Origin: a virus
Lineage: Duplodnaviria > Caudoviricetes
Length of the DNA stretch: 32,661 nt
Strand: one strand, 5' to 3'
Virus record (IMG/VR): IMGVR_UViG_3300014202_000273
Location: 1-32,661 of that record
The notes beneath the pieces are model-generated. The model had not been told where the DNA came from. It saw only the letters and a program-made list of their open reading frames with translations, and searched no databases. Position numbers and translations under genes: made by a program. Below are positions 7,070-14,084 of the stretch, piece after piece; positions within the stretch are counted from its first letter, which is position 1; each line of letters opens with the position of its first letter.

Positions 7070-7972
7070 ATGGCTAAACGGAAATGGTTTGTTAATGAGT
7101 TGTTTGATCAAATTTACAAAATTAAATGCAGTAGAAACGCAAAGCTACTTTTACTTTGTCTAGCTAAATTTGCTGATAAGGAAGGGCTTTGTTTTCCAAC
7201 AACCGAACAATTATCAAGAATGAGCGGCATAGGGCAGGGAAATTTATATCGACATTTTAAAGAACTAATTAAGTTGAAAATTTTAGAAGTAAAGCGAAAA
7301 AAAATAGGAGCAGGACGAATGACAAGAAATTTTTACACAATAAACATAAAAGCAATTCTTGAAGTAAGGGAAGAAAACGGTGAGTTGACGGCAACGATAC
7401 ATCCAGATTCCGATGTTAAATTGAACAAATTTTCATCTGATAATGAGCAGAGCAAAAAAGGATCAATACATCACAGTGATGTTTTGATAGACCGATCAAT
7501 ACATCACAGTGATGTATTGCTTCTATCTACTAACTACCCAACTAAAGAAGAACTACCCAAAGACCTAAAAGATATTGTCCGACAAGAGCATTCGGACGAA
7601 ATGAATGTGTCTAATTTATTATCAGATTGTTTGTTTCATCAATTCTGGTCCGCATACCCCAGAAAAGAGAAAAAGAAGGAAGCCTACCGAATTTGGAAGC
7701 GTGACAAGCTAGAGCGTATCGGCGAGGAAATAATTCAAGATGTGAGATTGCGCCAGATCAAACATGACCGATGGGCAGACCATGCTTATATCCCAATGCC
7801 AACCACCTACCTGCATAACGAATGCTGGAATGATGAAATTACCGAGAGGACTGCCAATGAACACAACCGACAACAAACCACAGTCGATCAAGCATCTGCT
7901 AAAGAAAATAAACGTGAGCGACAACTCAGAGAAGCATTCGACAAATACGACCGAGTCCGATCACAACGGTAG
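7070..7972 (+). CDS. Phage replication initiator (lambda O-analogous; N-terminal HTH_36-like)
   Basis: AKLLLLCLAKFAD..G.CFP....L N-terminal wHTH, FWSAYPRK..KKEA...W and YIPMPTTYL...W C-terminal domain, and internal iterons. Confidence 0.88.
   Translation: MAKRKWFVNELFDQIYKIKCSRNAKLLLLCLAKFADKEGLCFPTTEQLSRMSGIGQGNLYRHFKELIKLKILEVKRKKIGAGRMTRNFYTINIKAILEVREENGELTATIHPDSDVKLNKFSSDNEQSKKGSIHHSDVLIDRSIHHSDVLLLSTNYPTKEELPKDLKDIVRQEHSDEMNVSNLLSDCLFHQFWSAYPRKEKKKEAYRIWKRDKLERIGEEIIQDVRLRQIKHDRWADHAYIPMPTTYLHNECWNDEITERTANEHNRQQTTVDQASAKENKRERQLREAFDKYDRVRSQR
7461..7560. repeat. Iteron-type replication origin inside the initiator gene
   Basis: GATCAATACATCACAGTGATGT at 7461 and 7494 (33-bp period), each palindromic. 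AACTACCCAA follows twice in an A-rich tract. Confidence 0.75.
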
Positions 7973-8327
7973 TATTCCAGATTGGGTACATGATCTTTTT
8001 ATTTTGTTTTGTGCTAATTACGGCGCTGTATGGCTGGACACCGTTAATGACGAACGCGCCGAGCTTATAAAGCAATGCTTATGGCGTGATGTTATCGGCG
8101 TATTCAATGTGGATGTAATAAAGCAAGCCGCTAAGGAAGTTTTGGTTAAATGCCCAATATACCCGCCAAAAGTAGGTGAGTTTTATTCTGTGTGCCAAGA
8201 AATAGTGGAACGTGACAACAAACCTAAAATTCCTTGGGCAACAGATCTACTTTTAGAACAACGCGAAATAAAAAAAACTGAAATGCCGGATAGTCTTAGA
8301 AAACTTTTTAAAAATTGGCATAAGTGA
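7857..8327 (+). CDS. Helicase loader, lambda P-like
   Basis: Follows the initiator. LF......YG..W ... W...I..F ... YPPKVGEF motif. GAGGA RBS at ATG 7857. Confidence 0.7.
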   Translation: MNTTDNKPQSIKHLLKKINVSDNSEKHSTNTTESDHNGSIPDWVHDLFILFCANYGAVWLDTVNDERAELIKQCLWRDVIGVFNVDVIKQAAKEVLVKCPIYPPKVGEFYSVCQEIVERDNKPKIPWATDLLLEQREIKKTEMPDSLRKLFKNWHK

Positions 8328-8351
8328 AATACACAACTAGGGATATACTGA

Positions 8352-8594
8352 TTGACCAATAAAAATAATGAAAATGCAGACATGAACAAGAAAACCTTTG
8401 ACCAAGTAAACGGCTACTCACGCCTGATAGTGAGAGAATTGCATGATGTGGTGATGGACGATGCCGTGTATGAGAAGCTGAAAGTGGTGTTAATGCTGGC
8501 TGAGGAACTGGAAAGCTACATGCTGGCTATGACAAAGCAAGAAGTCGTGCCACAATTAGGTACGAATATTGTGCAGTTCAAAAGACGGGCGTGA
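8352..8594 (+). CDS. Hypothetical protein
   Basis: Helical ORF ending NIVQFKRRA. The start (TTG or a later ATG) is uncertain. Confidence 0.65.
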   Translation: MTNKNNENADMNKKTFDQVNGYSRLIVRELHDVVMDDAVYEKLKVVLMLAEELESYMLAMTKQEVVPQLGTNIVQFKRRA

Positions 8595-8595
8595 A

Positions 8596-8976
8596 ATGGC
8601 GAAAACCAATAGTCTAGTTGAGTACATAATAAATTACGGGCGAATGAACGTGATTAGCGGTAACTCTACGTCAAAATCTCAGCGATCAGATATTGGGAGA
8701 TGTAGGAATTGCTGGTCAAAAACAGACTGGTCTAGTTTATACTGCGCAAATTGTATTAGTTTTTTACAAAAAGACGCTAACTACAAAAATAGGGTAAGAA
8801 ACTTTACATCCAGATTAATTGCCAGTGGGCTTTTATTTAAAGAACCTTGCGAAGTATGTAAAAAAACTGAAGTAGACGCTCACCATGTTAATTATGACGA
8901 GCCTGCAAATATAAAATGGCTTTGTCGTTTTCATCACAGGCGCGAGCATGAGCAATTGAAGGAATGTTCTACATGA
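8596..8976 (+). CDS. HNH-type endonuclease
   Basis: CEVC...DAHH.NYDEP..I.WLCRFHH...H. Confidence 0.8.
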   Translation: MAKTNSLVEYIINYGRMNVISGNSTSKSQRSDIGRCRNCWSKTDWSSLYCANCISFLQKDANYKNRVRNFTSRLIASGLLFKEPCEVCKKTEVDAHHVNYDEPANIKWLCRFHHRREHEQLKECST

Positions 8977-9152
8977 AACCTAGACCAACAAAACACCAAG
9001 GCAGTTTCTACAAAATACTCGAACGCCTAACCCCGCAGGAACGCGAGGCATTACTGGCAATGAAGCACGCGCCTGGGCGAGAACCGCAGGGCATAACCAC
9101 CAAAAAAGCAAAGGAGATGCAAAATGAGGGTAGCGAGAGCCAACAAAGTTGA
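8964..9152 (+). CDS. Hypothetical protein
   Basis: 62-aa ORF overlapping both neighbours in the operon. Confidence 0.55.
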   Translation: MFYMKPRPTKHQGSFYKILERLTPQEREALLAMKHAPGREPQGITTKKAKEMQNEGSESQQS

Positions 9153-9429
9153 CGCTAACCACGCAGATATCGTCAAGGCGCTACGATCGGCAGGTGCCCT
9201 AGCACTTAGCCTTACATCATGCGGAAATGGCGTCTGTGACGTTTTAATTGCGTTTAATGGGCGTATGACTCTGGCGGAAATTAAGGATGGCAAAAAACCA
9301 CTCAGCAAGCAGATGCTCACCCCGATGCAAGAAAACTTTTTTAGGGAATGGGATGGTTATTGTGTCATCTTGCGTTCCGTTGAAGATGCCCTGCGGTTAC
9401 TTGGCAAAATGTCACGGGCTGAGGAATAA
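9124..9429 (+). CDS. VRR-NUC-like PD-(D/E)XK nuclease (putative Holliday-junction resolvase)
   Basis: VDANH..IV.ALR..G...G..D......G.....EIKD......LTP.Q..F...W, with an AAGGAG RBS. Confidence 0.82.
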   Translation: MRVARANKVDANHADIVKALRSAGALALSLTSCGNGVCDVLIAFNGRMTLAEIKDGKKPLSKQMLTPMQENFFREWDGYCVILRSVEDALRLLGKMSRAEE

Positions 9430-9433
9430 GCAA

Positions 9434-9604
9434 ATGGTATTCTCAACCTGCTGTAAAGCCGACGTTATGGTCATCGGTTACAAGACCGCCGCCATGGACG
9501 TGTGCAAGGCGTGTAATTTGCCCTGTAAGACGTTTTGCATCCTAGCCCTAGCCGATGTGATAGAATACTGCAATGACCCAACCACAGACGAAAATGGGGG
9601 CTAG
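9434..9604 (+). CDS. Small zinc-binding protein
   Basis: STCCKA...CKACNLPC, with a GAGGA RBS. Confidence 0.6.
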   Translation: MVFSTCCKADVMVIGYKTAAMDVCKACNLPCKTFCILALADVIEYCNDPTTDENGG

Positions 9605-9606
9605 AA

Positions 9607-9849
9607 ATGGATATCTGGACGCTTGCTAAGAAAATCTTCCCAAAACCGATCATGCCGCAAAAGAGATATGCTCTTATTTTGTGCGTAGCCGTATACATGG
9701 GGCTTAAAGTTTACGTCACCATGACACCAGACCCCATGGACGATATGATTCTCGAACAAGCCCAACAAATCGCCATGCAGATTTTAGCTGAGGCTGACGC
9801 GGTGGACGTGCCGGTTAGTGTGGCTGTACCTGAGCCGTCAATTCGGTAA
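9607..9849 (+). CDS. Single-TM membrane protein (holin or other role unproven)
   Basis: KRYALILCVAVYMGLKVYV hydrophobic segment followed by TPDP.DD. Confidence 0.65.
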   Translation: MDIWTLAKKIFPKPIMPQKRYALILCVAVYMGLKVYVTMTPDPMDDMILEQAQQIAMQILAEADAVDVPVSVAVPEPSIR

Positions 9850-9890
9850 TAATGGAATTGGTTATAACCTAAACACCAAGGAGTTTTACA

Positions 9891-10133
9891 ATGGCACACA
9901 CACCAGAACAAGCTAGAAAAAAGGCAGAGGCAATAAGCGACGCAAGACGATATAACACATTGCGCCAAACACCGGGCAAGCCAGAAGGTTATGAGTCAAC
10001 CCCTGCCTATGATCGGGAAGTAATTGCGAACCAAAAAGCTAGGGAAGATAGTTATAAGAAATCAACTTTTGAAAAAGTGCTTTTCGCTACTCATGATTTT
10101 ATAGCAACTGGAATGAAAGGAAGCAAAAAATAA
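9891..10133 (+). CDS. Hypothetical protein
   Basis: AAGGAG RBS; 80 aa. Confidence 0.75.
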   Translation: MAHTPEQARKKAEAISDARRYNTLRQTPGKPEGYESTPAYDREVIANQKAREDSYKKSTFEKVLFATHDFIATGMKGSKK

Positions 10134-10229
10134 TTTATTATTTTTTGATTTGCGCACCAGCTCATTTTTATGCCAAACTGAATACGCATTTCCAACATCC
10201 TTCAAAATAAAAAAAGTTCATGGTCTTTA

Positions 10230-10262
10230 GCCCCAGCCTTCGACAAGCTGGGGTGTTTTTTT
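10230..10262 (+). terminator. Rho-independent terminator at the convergence point of arm A
   Basis: GCCCCAGC-CTTCGACAA-GCTGGGGT-GTTTTTTT. Confidence 0.85.
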
Positions 10263-10404
10263 AGTAAACATTAACTTTCTTGGTTAGGTGCTTATAGCCG
10301 TGCATTGCTCCAAGGTATAGTAGCAAGCCAAGATAGCCACCTAGCCTACATACCAAAATAAAACCCAACCCGAACAAAACATCTTTTAGTTTTAGGTTTT
10401 TCAT
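10261..10404 (-). CDS. Small membrane protein (47 aa; not in ORF track)
   Basis: MKNLKLKDVLFGLGFILVCRLGGYLGLLLYLGAMHGYKHLTKKVNVY, with a GGAG RBS. Confidence 0.6.
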   Translation of the reverse strand: MKNLKLKDVLFGLGFILVCRLGGYLGLLLYLGAMHGYKHLTKKVNVY

Positions 10405-10419
10405 TTCTAACACTCCAAA

Positions 10420-10683
10420 TTAACTACAGTTATAGCAAACCCATTTGTCGTGATCGGTGTCTCTCTCACGGTTAAAGCCACGGTCTGTTGGTGCTAAAAA
10501 CGATCGGCACATAGCGCAAAATCCTGGCTCATCATGAACCTTCAAAACATTGTACGTTTCGATAAGATCGGAAAGCACAATATTGTCTTGTTCAAGTTCG
10601 TTTGCGGTAGCCATAATCCTTTCTTTTGTAGCGTTAATTTTTTGCTTCAAATTCCTAATAATGACCCGCATTTGATCGTTCAT
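10420..10683 (-). CDS. Coiled-coil plus zinc-finger hypothetical protein
   Basis: Heptad N-terminus, CAMC...CYNC, GAGG RBS, TAATG coupling. Confidence 0.75.
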   Translation of the reverse strand: MNDQMRVIIRNLKQKINATKERIMATANELEQDNIVLSDLIETYNVLKVHDEPGFCAMCRSFLAPTDRGFNRERDTDHDKWVCYNCS

Positions 10684-10892
10684 TACTTAACTTCCTCGAA
10701 TTCAAAAGCTGGTACATGCTCGGCAGGAAAATCCACGTTAAGCTCGGTTAGCGCGTCTTTTGTCTCTTCGATATCAGCATGAAGCTGGCGCATCAAACGC
10801 TCACCATTCGCGTAGCTTTGGCGTAGATCGTCAAGTTTAGCTAGTAAGTGTGATATCAGTTTCTTTTTGTTTTCTGCTATTAGCTTGTTCAT
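10683..10892 (-). CDS. Coiled-coil hypothetical protein
   Basis: GAGGA RBS and ATGA overlap. Confidence 0.75.
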   Translation of the reverse strand: MNKLIAENKKKLISHLLAKLDDLRQSYANGERLMRQLHADIEETKDALTELNVDFPAEHVPAFEFEEVK

Positions 10893-11080
10893 GGTTTTGT
10901 TTCCTCAGCTAGTGAATGATCAATAAATAATTGGTTTAATACTTCGCAAACTTCCTCGTCTGTTATGCCTTTTGTTTCAGAAATTACAACCTCTAATTTA
11001 TATTTTAAGTATGCTTGATCTTCGCTCAATTCACGATTCAATATTCTACATTGCGCTTCTGTTTCTTCGCCCCAACTCAT
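10889..11080 (-). CDS. Hypothetical protein
   Basis: AAGGGG RBS; 63 aa. Confidence 0.7.
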   Translation of the reverse strand: MSWGEETEAQCRILNRELSEDQAYLKYKLEVVISETKGITDEEVCEVLNQLFIDHSLAEETKP

Positions 11081-11150
11081 AGTTTTTTTCCCCCTTTAAG
11101 TTAATCACCCGCCGCCCCTCGTAAAGGACAAGGAACGGCTAGTTATCAAC

Positions 11151-11648
11151 CTAAGCCGCTATCCGCGCCCTATCCACACCCTTAACCGCAACACTACCGT
11201 GACGGCTTCGGATATCGTCCATGCTGAATTTGCCGCGTGACGTGGTACGCTCACCACCGCAAAAACTCCACATCAACTTCTTAGGCGCCCAACGGTACCC
11301 GCTAGACTTCAATACTTCGCGGTGTGGCTTCGTATCACCTGAAACCCATATCCAACTGCCGCATATCTCAATCGTCAAGCCTAAGCCAATGACGGCGTTT
11401 AAAGCGGCATTAAGCTCTTCGCTCAAATCTACTTCCTCGCTTGCTACATCGTCCTTAACCATGCCAGCCACATAATCCGATAGCGCCTGATATGCCGCGT
11501 TAATCAGCTTCATCATCTCCAACCCCGCAGGGTTCCTATCCGGGTGATACTTACTGCAAGCCTTGCGATATGCCAGCTTGATACCTTCAAAATCCGTACT
11601 GCCCTGCAAGCCCAAAACCTTTAACGCTTCCGCGTGGCGCATTTTCAT
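11151..11648 (-). CDS. J-domain (DnaJ-like) protein with phage-type C-terminal domain
   Basis: ALKVLGL...IKLAYRK....YHPDRNP...MKLINAAYQAL, with the HPD intact. Confidence 0.92.
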   Translation of the reverse strand: MKMRHAEALKVLGLQGSTDFEGIKLAYRKACSKYHPDRNPAGLEMMKLINAAYQALSDYVAGMVKDDVASEEVDLSEELNAALNAVIGLGLTIEICGSWIWVSGDTKPHREVLKSSGYRWAPKKLMWSFCGGERTTSRGKFSMDDIRSRHGSVAVKGVDRARIAA

Positions 11649-11803
11649 TAGTTCGCCCCTTCTAAAATCTTGACTACTTCGGCTAGTGCTTCAACCTGCC
11701 CAGCCCAATAGCTAAACTCGCGGTTCGCTTCGGGGTTCGTGCTAACTTCACTTGCTCTCTGATTGCTTCTCGCAACCGCTAACATGTTTAAAATCTCTTT
11801 CAT
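11648..11803 (-). CDS. Small early protein (51 aa; not in ORF track)
   Basis: MKEILNMLAVARSNQRASEVSTNPEANREFSYWAGQVEALAEVVKILEGAN. GGAG RBS and TAATG coupling to the J-domain gene. Confidence 0.75.
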   Translation of the reverse strand: MKEILNMLAVARSNQRASEVSTNPEANREFSYWAGQVEALAEVVKILEGAN

Positions 11804-11841
11804 TTCTTGTATCTCCATCTCAGTTTAATAGTATCGCTTAG

Positions 11842-11885
11842 TTACGATAGCGTGAATACTAACTCACGACAGCGTGACGTGTCAA
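11842..11885 (-). promoter_or_regulatory. Sigma70 early promoter with two operators
   Basis: TTGACA(11885-11880)-N18-TAGTAT(11861-11856) with an A-rich upstream tract. TCACGCTGTCGTGA lies in the spacer and TCACGCTATCGTAA just after the -10. Confidence 0.8.
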
Positions 11886-12327
11886 CAACTCTCGCAATTT
11901 ATTTTTCTGCCTCTTGATCTGTATGTAAGAGAACGGGCGCGTTCATTTGATTAACCGAAAAATCTCAAGTTTTGTACAGTTTTGGGAGGGGGATAGCCGG
12001 CGGGGCGGGGCTGGCTTAGGGATCCGGTGCCCCAAAACTCTCTCGAACACTTTCCCAGCGATCAGGTCAAGAACGGTCAGCCAGGGCGTTGGGGTTGTCA
12101 ATTCACCGTCATTTTGTAGTGAATTCCCCGTCGATTTGTAGCCAGAGATTTTATGTGCTAAGGCGTGGCGAAAGTGGTGAAAGTGACGGGATTAAAAAAC
12201 ATTTATGCGGTAGGCGAGAAGTTGTGCTTAATTCGGTACGAGGAAGTGTTGTGCTTAAAAGCCTACTGGGATGTTTCGTATTTGTGAGGGGCTTGCGGGG
12301 TGTCGTAGAGGCGTTTATAGTTCGGTT

Positions 12328-12576
12328 ATGAAATTCGATGACCTTGAACACACAAAGCATCTAGCAAAACAATGCCCTCGCGGTAACGAAGAGCATAATT
12401 ATATTCCATCAGATTGGTTGGTGACGTCACAAAGCAAGCAATTGCGAGAACTCATTTGCACCCGATGCTTTCACCGAGTGCTTATGGACGATATCAAATT
12501 CATGTTTCAGCAACCTATCAAGCCGCCTACTACGCGAGAAATTTTTTATAGCGAGTTAGAGAATCCTGTTTCTTAG
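12328..12576 (+). CDS. Possible small zinc-binding protein
   Basis: C......H...CTRC. Starts 6 nt outside R, has a weak RBS and overlaps the lysin tail-to-tail. Confidence 0.4.
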   Translation: MKFDDLEHTKHLAKQCPRGNEEHNYIPSDWLVTSQSKQLRELICTRCFHRVLMDDIKFMFQQPIKPPTTREIFYSELENPVS

Positions 12577-12997
12577 CCTTTCCAGCCACCGTATTGAAAT
12601 GCGCTTTGTAATATTCCCAATAGCCCTCTGCATCGTTATTTTTAGGGAATGGATTAGACACGCGGCGATAATGCAAACGAGCCATAACGGTAGCGAACTC
12701 CAGATCATAAATAAGCCTATCTTCCGCAGGCATTCTATAAGCATTGAAGTTAGTCCCTAGTATCAAGCTGAGATGCGGGTGGTGCTTAATATAATTCTGC
12801 CATATATCGTTATAGGTTGCTGGCTCCATCTGGTAGATACCAAGAGCAGGACCCTTGATCTGTTTTAGATAAGTACCGCCGTCAGATTCTACCGCGCAAG
12901 TAAACAAAAGCAGGTTCACAGCGAAGTCAGTGTTCATGTGTAGCTTGTCCAGAGTTGGCTTGATAACAAGGTCTCTGAGTTGGTCATGGTTTAGCAT
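12530..12997 (-). CDS. Lysozyme/transglycosylase-like protein (putative endolysin)
   Basis: LLLFTCAVES..G.YLKQ..GPALGIYQMEPATY (catalytic Glu-Ser plus G..Q motif), and Y...YNT-like C-terminus. Confidence 0.75.
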   Translation of the reverse strand: MLNHDQLRDLVIKPTLDKLHMNTDFAVNLLLFTCAVESDGGTYLKQIKGPALGIYQMEPATYNDIWQNYIKHHPHLSLILGTNFNAYRMPAEDRLIYDLEFATVMARLHYRRVSNPFPKNNDAEGYWEYYKAHFNTVAGKAKKQDSLTRYKKFLA

Positions 12998-13059
12998 GTC
13001 TTTATAATCTCCAAGCTGTAGGTTATGATTAGTACAAGTTTACCAAAAAGAGCCGACTT

Positions 13060-13707
13060 ATGGCATTTGATGCTCAAGCAAAATTCAAAGAACTCAAAAA
13101 GAATTTTTCCAAAGATGCAATGGGCAAACTTTATAACGAAGATGTTCATTGCCCTATGATTATCGACAGAATGAATAAGAAAGGTACATATAGTTCATTT
13201 TGTTTAGAAGTTGGCATTGCTGAATCGACTTTCTTTCGTTGGGTGCAAAAGTATCCCGTATTTGAGTTTTCATATTACTACGGCAAGATGGTTGCACGGC
13301 AGAATTGGGAAGAGGAAGGCGAGGCATTGCGCGATCATGTTTATGAGAAAGGCGAGTCTGGTCACTCATTTGAATATTGGCGCATGGTTGGCTGGTCTAG
13401 GTTTGGCGTTGGTAAGAATCAGCGTATTAGGCTAGAGCTAACTCCAGGCGCAAGCCCAATGGTTCATTACAAAGAAATCATGTCACAAGCCGCCAATGGT
13501 GACTATACAGCGGGTGAGATTAAGCAGTTAATGGAAGCCGTTAATATTGGCTTTACCGCGCATCAAGTTTGCGTGTTACAAGAGCAGATTGATGCCTTAA
13601 CAACAGACTTAGCCAAAATGGATAATAACCGCAATGCGCAATCTTCAATCACAAATAAACCAACTGCGCAAAAAGATACACATTCCGTGGCAGATAATCT
13701 TTGTTGA
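13060..13707 (+). CDS. terS: Terminase small subunit (putative)
   Basis: HTH FCLEVGIAESTFFRWVQKYPVF followed by A...WEEEG. First gene of the head operon. Confidence 0.7.
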   Translation: MAFDAQAKFKELKKNFSKDAMGKLYNEDVHCPMIIDRMNKKGTYSSFCLEVGIAESTFFRWVQKYPVFEFSYYYGKMVARQNWEEEGEALRDHVYEKGESGHSFEYWRMVGWSRFGVGKNQRIRLELTPGASPMVHYKEIMSQAANGDYTAGEIKQLMEAVNIGFTAHQVCVLQEQIDALTTDLAKMDNNRNAQSSITNKPTAQKDTHSVADNLC

Positions 13708-13768
13708 CCGCGAAGTAAAGCCGGAAGAGTTTGAAGAAAAGACAATCTACGTTCATATATGGATTTAG
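13634..13768 (+). CDS. Small hypothetical protein (44 aa; not in ORF track)
   Basis: MRNLQSQINQLRKKIHIPWQIIFVDREVKPEEFEEKTIYVHIWI. Ends just before the next RBS. Confidence 0.5.
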   Translation: MRNLQSQINQLRKKIHIPWQIIFVDREVKPEEFEEKTIYVHIWI

Positions 13769-13784
13769 TAAAAGGAGATTTATC

Positions 13785-14081
13785 ATGTCACGTTGGTATG
13801 ACCCATACGGTATCGCATCAGAAACTTATCACTTTGTCACCCATGCACCGACTGCCGCTGAGAAGCGAGTGCAGATGAATGCCATTCAAGATCAGATGAA
13901 GTTTTATAAAGACCAGACAGCTATTGCTGAATCTGAAATTGCCCGCAAACGCGAGGAAATGTCAGCAGAGAAACGCCGCATTAACGAAAAGCAAATCCGT
14001 GCATTGAGACGCTCTTCGCGTCCTAGTGGTTTTATGGAAGCTGGACGCGGTGACGAACTCAACACTCAATTAGGTAGCTAA
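13785..14081 (+). CDS. Small pre-portal virion protein (position of T7 gp7.3)
   Basis: AAGGAG RBS at ATG 13785. Coiled coil ending in LG, directly before the portal. Confidence 0.7.
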   Translation: MSRWYDPYGIASETYHFVTHAPTAAEKRVQMNAIQDQMKFYKDQTAIAESEIARKREEMSAEKRRINEKQIRALRRSSRPSGFMEAGRGDELNTQLGS

Positions 14082-14084
14082 TGA

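Larger units (their letters stand above)
11153..12322. repeat. Internal copy of the ~1170-bp inverted repeat R
   Basis: Its two ends match the two window ends in reverse complement (85 bp and 87 bp exact). Duplication of the central 998 bp is inferred. Confidence 0.8.

Noticed and set aside
11947-12360. ORFs 11947-12141(+), 12089-12331(+) and 12151-12360(-) inside R
   Set aside because: No RBS, mutually overlapping and unusual composition. The region is better explained as cis-acting DNA.
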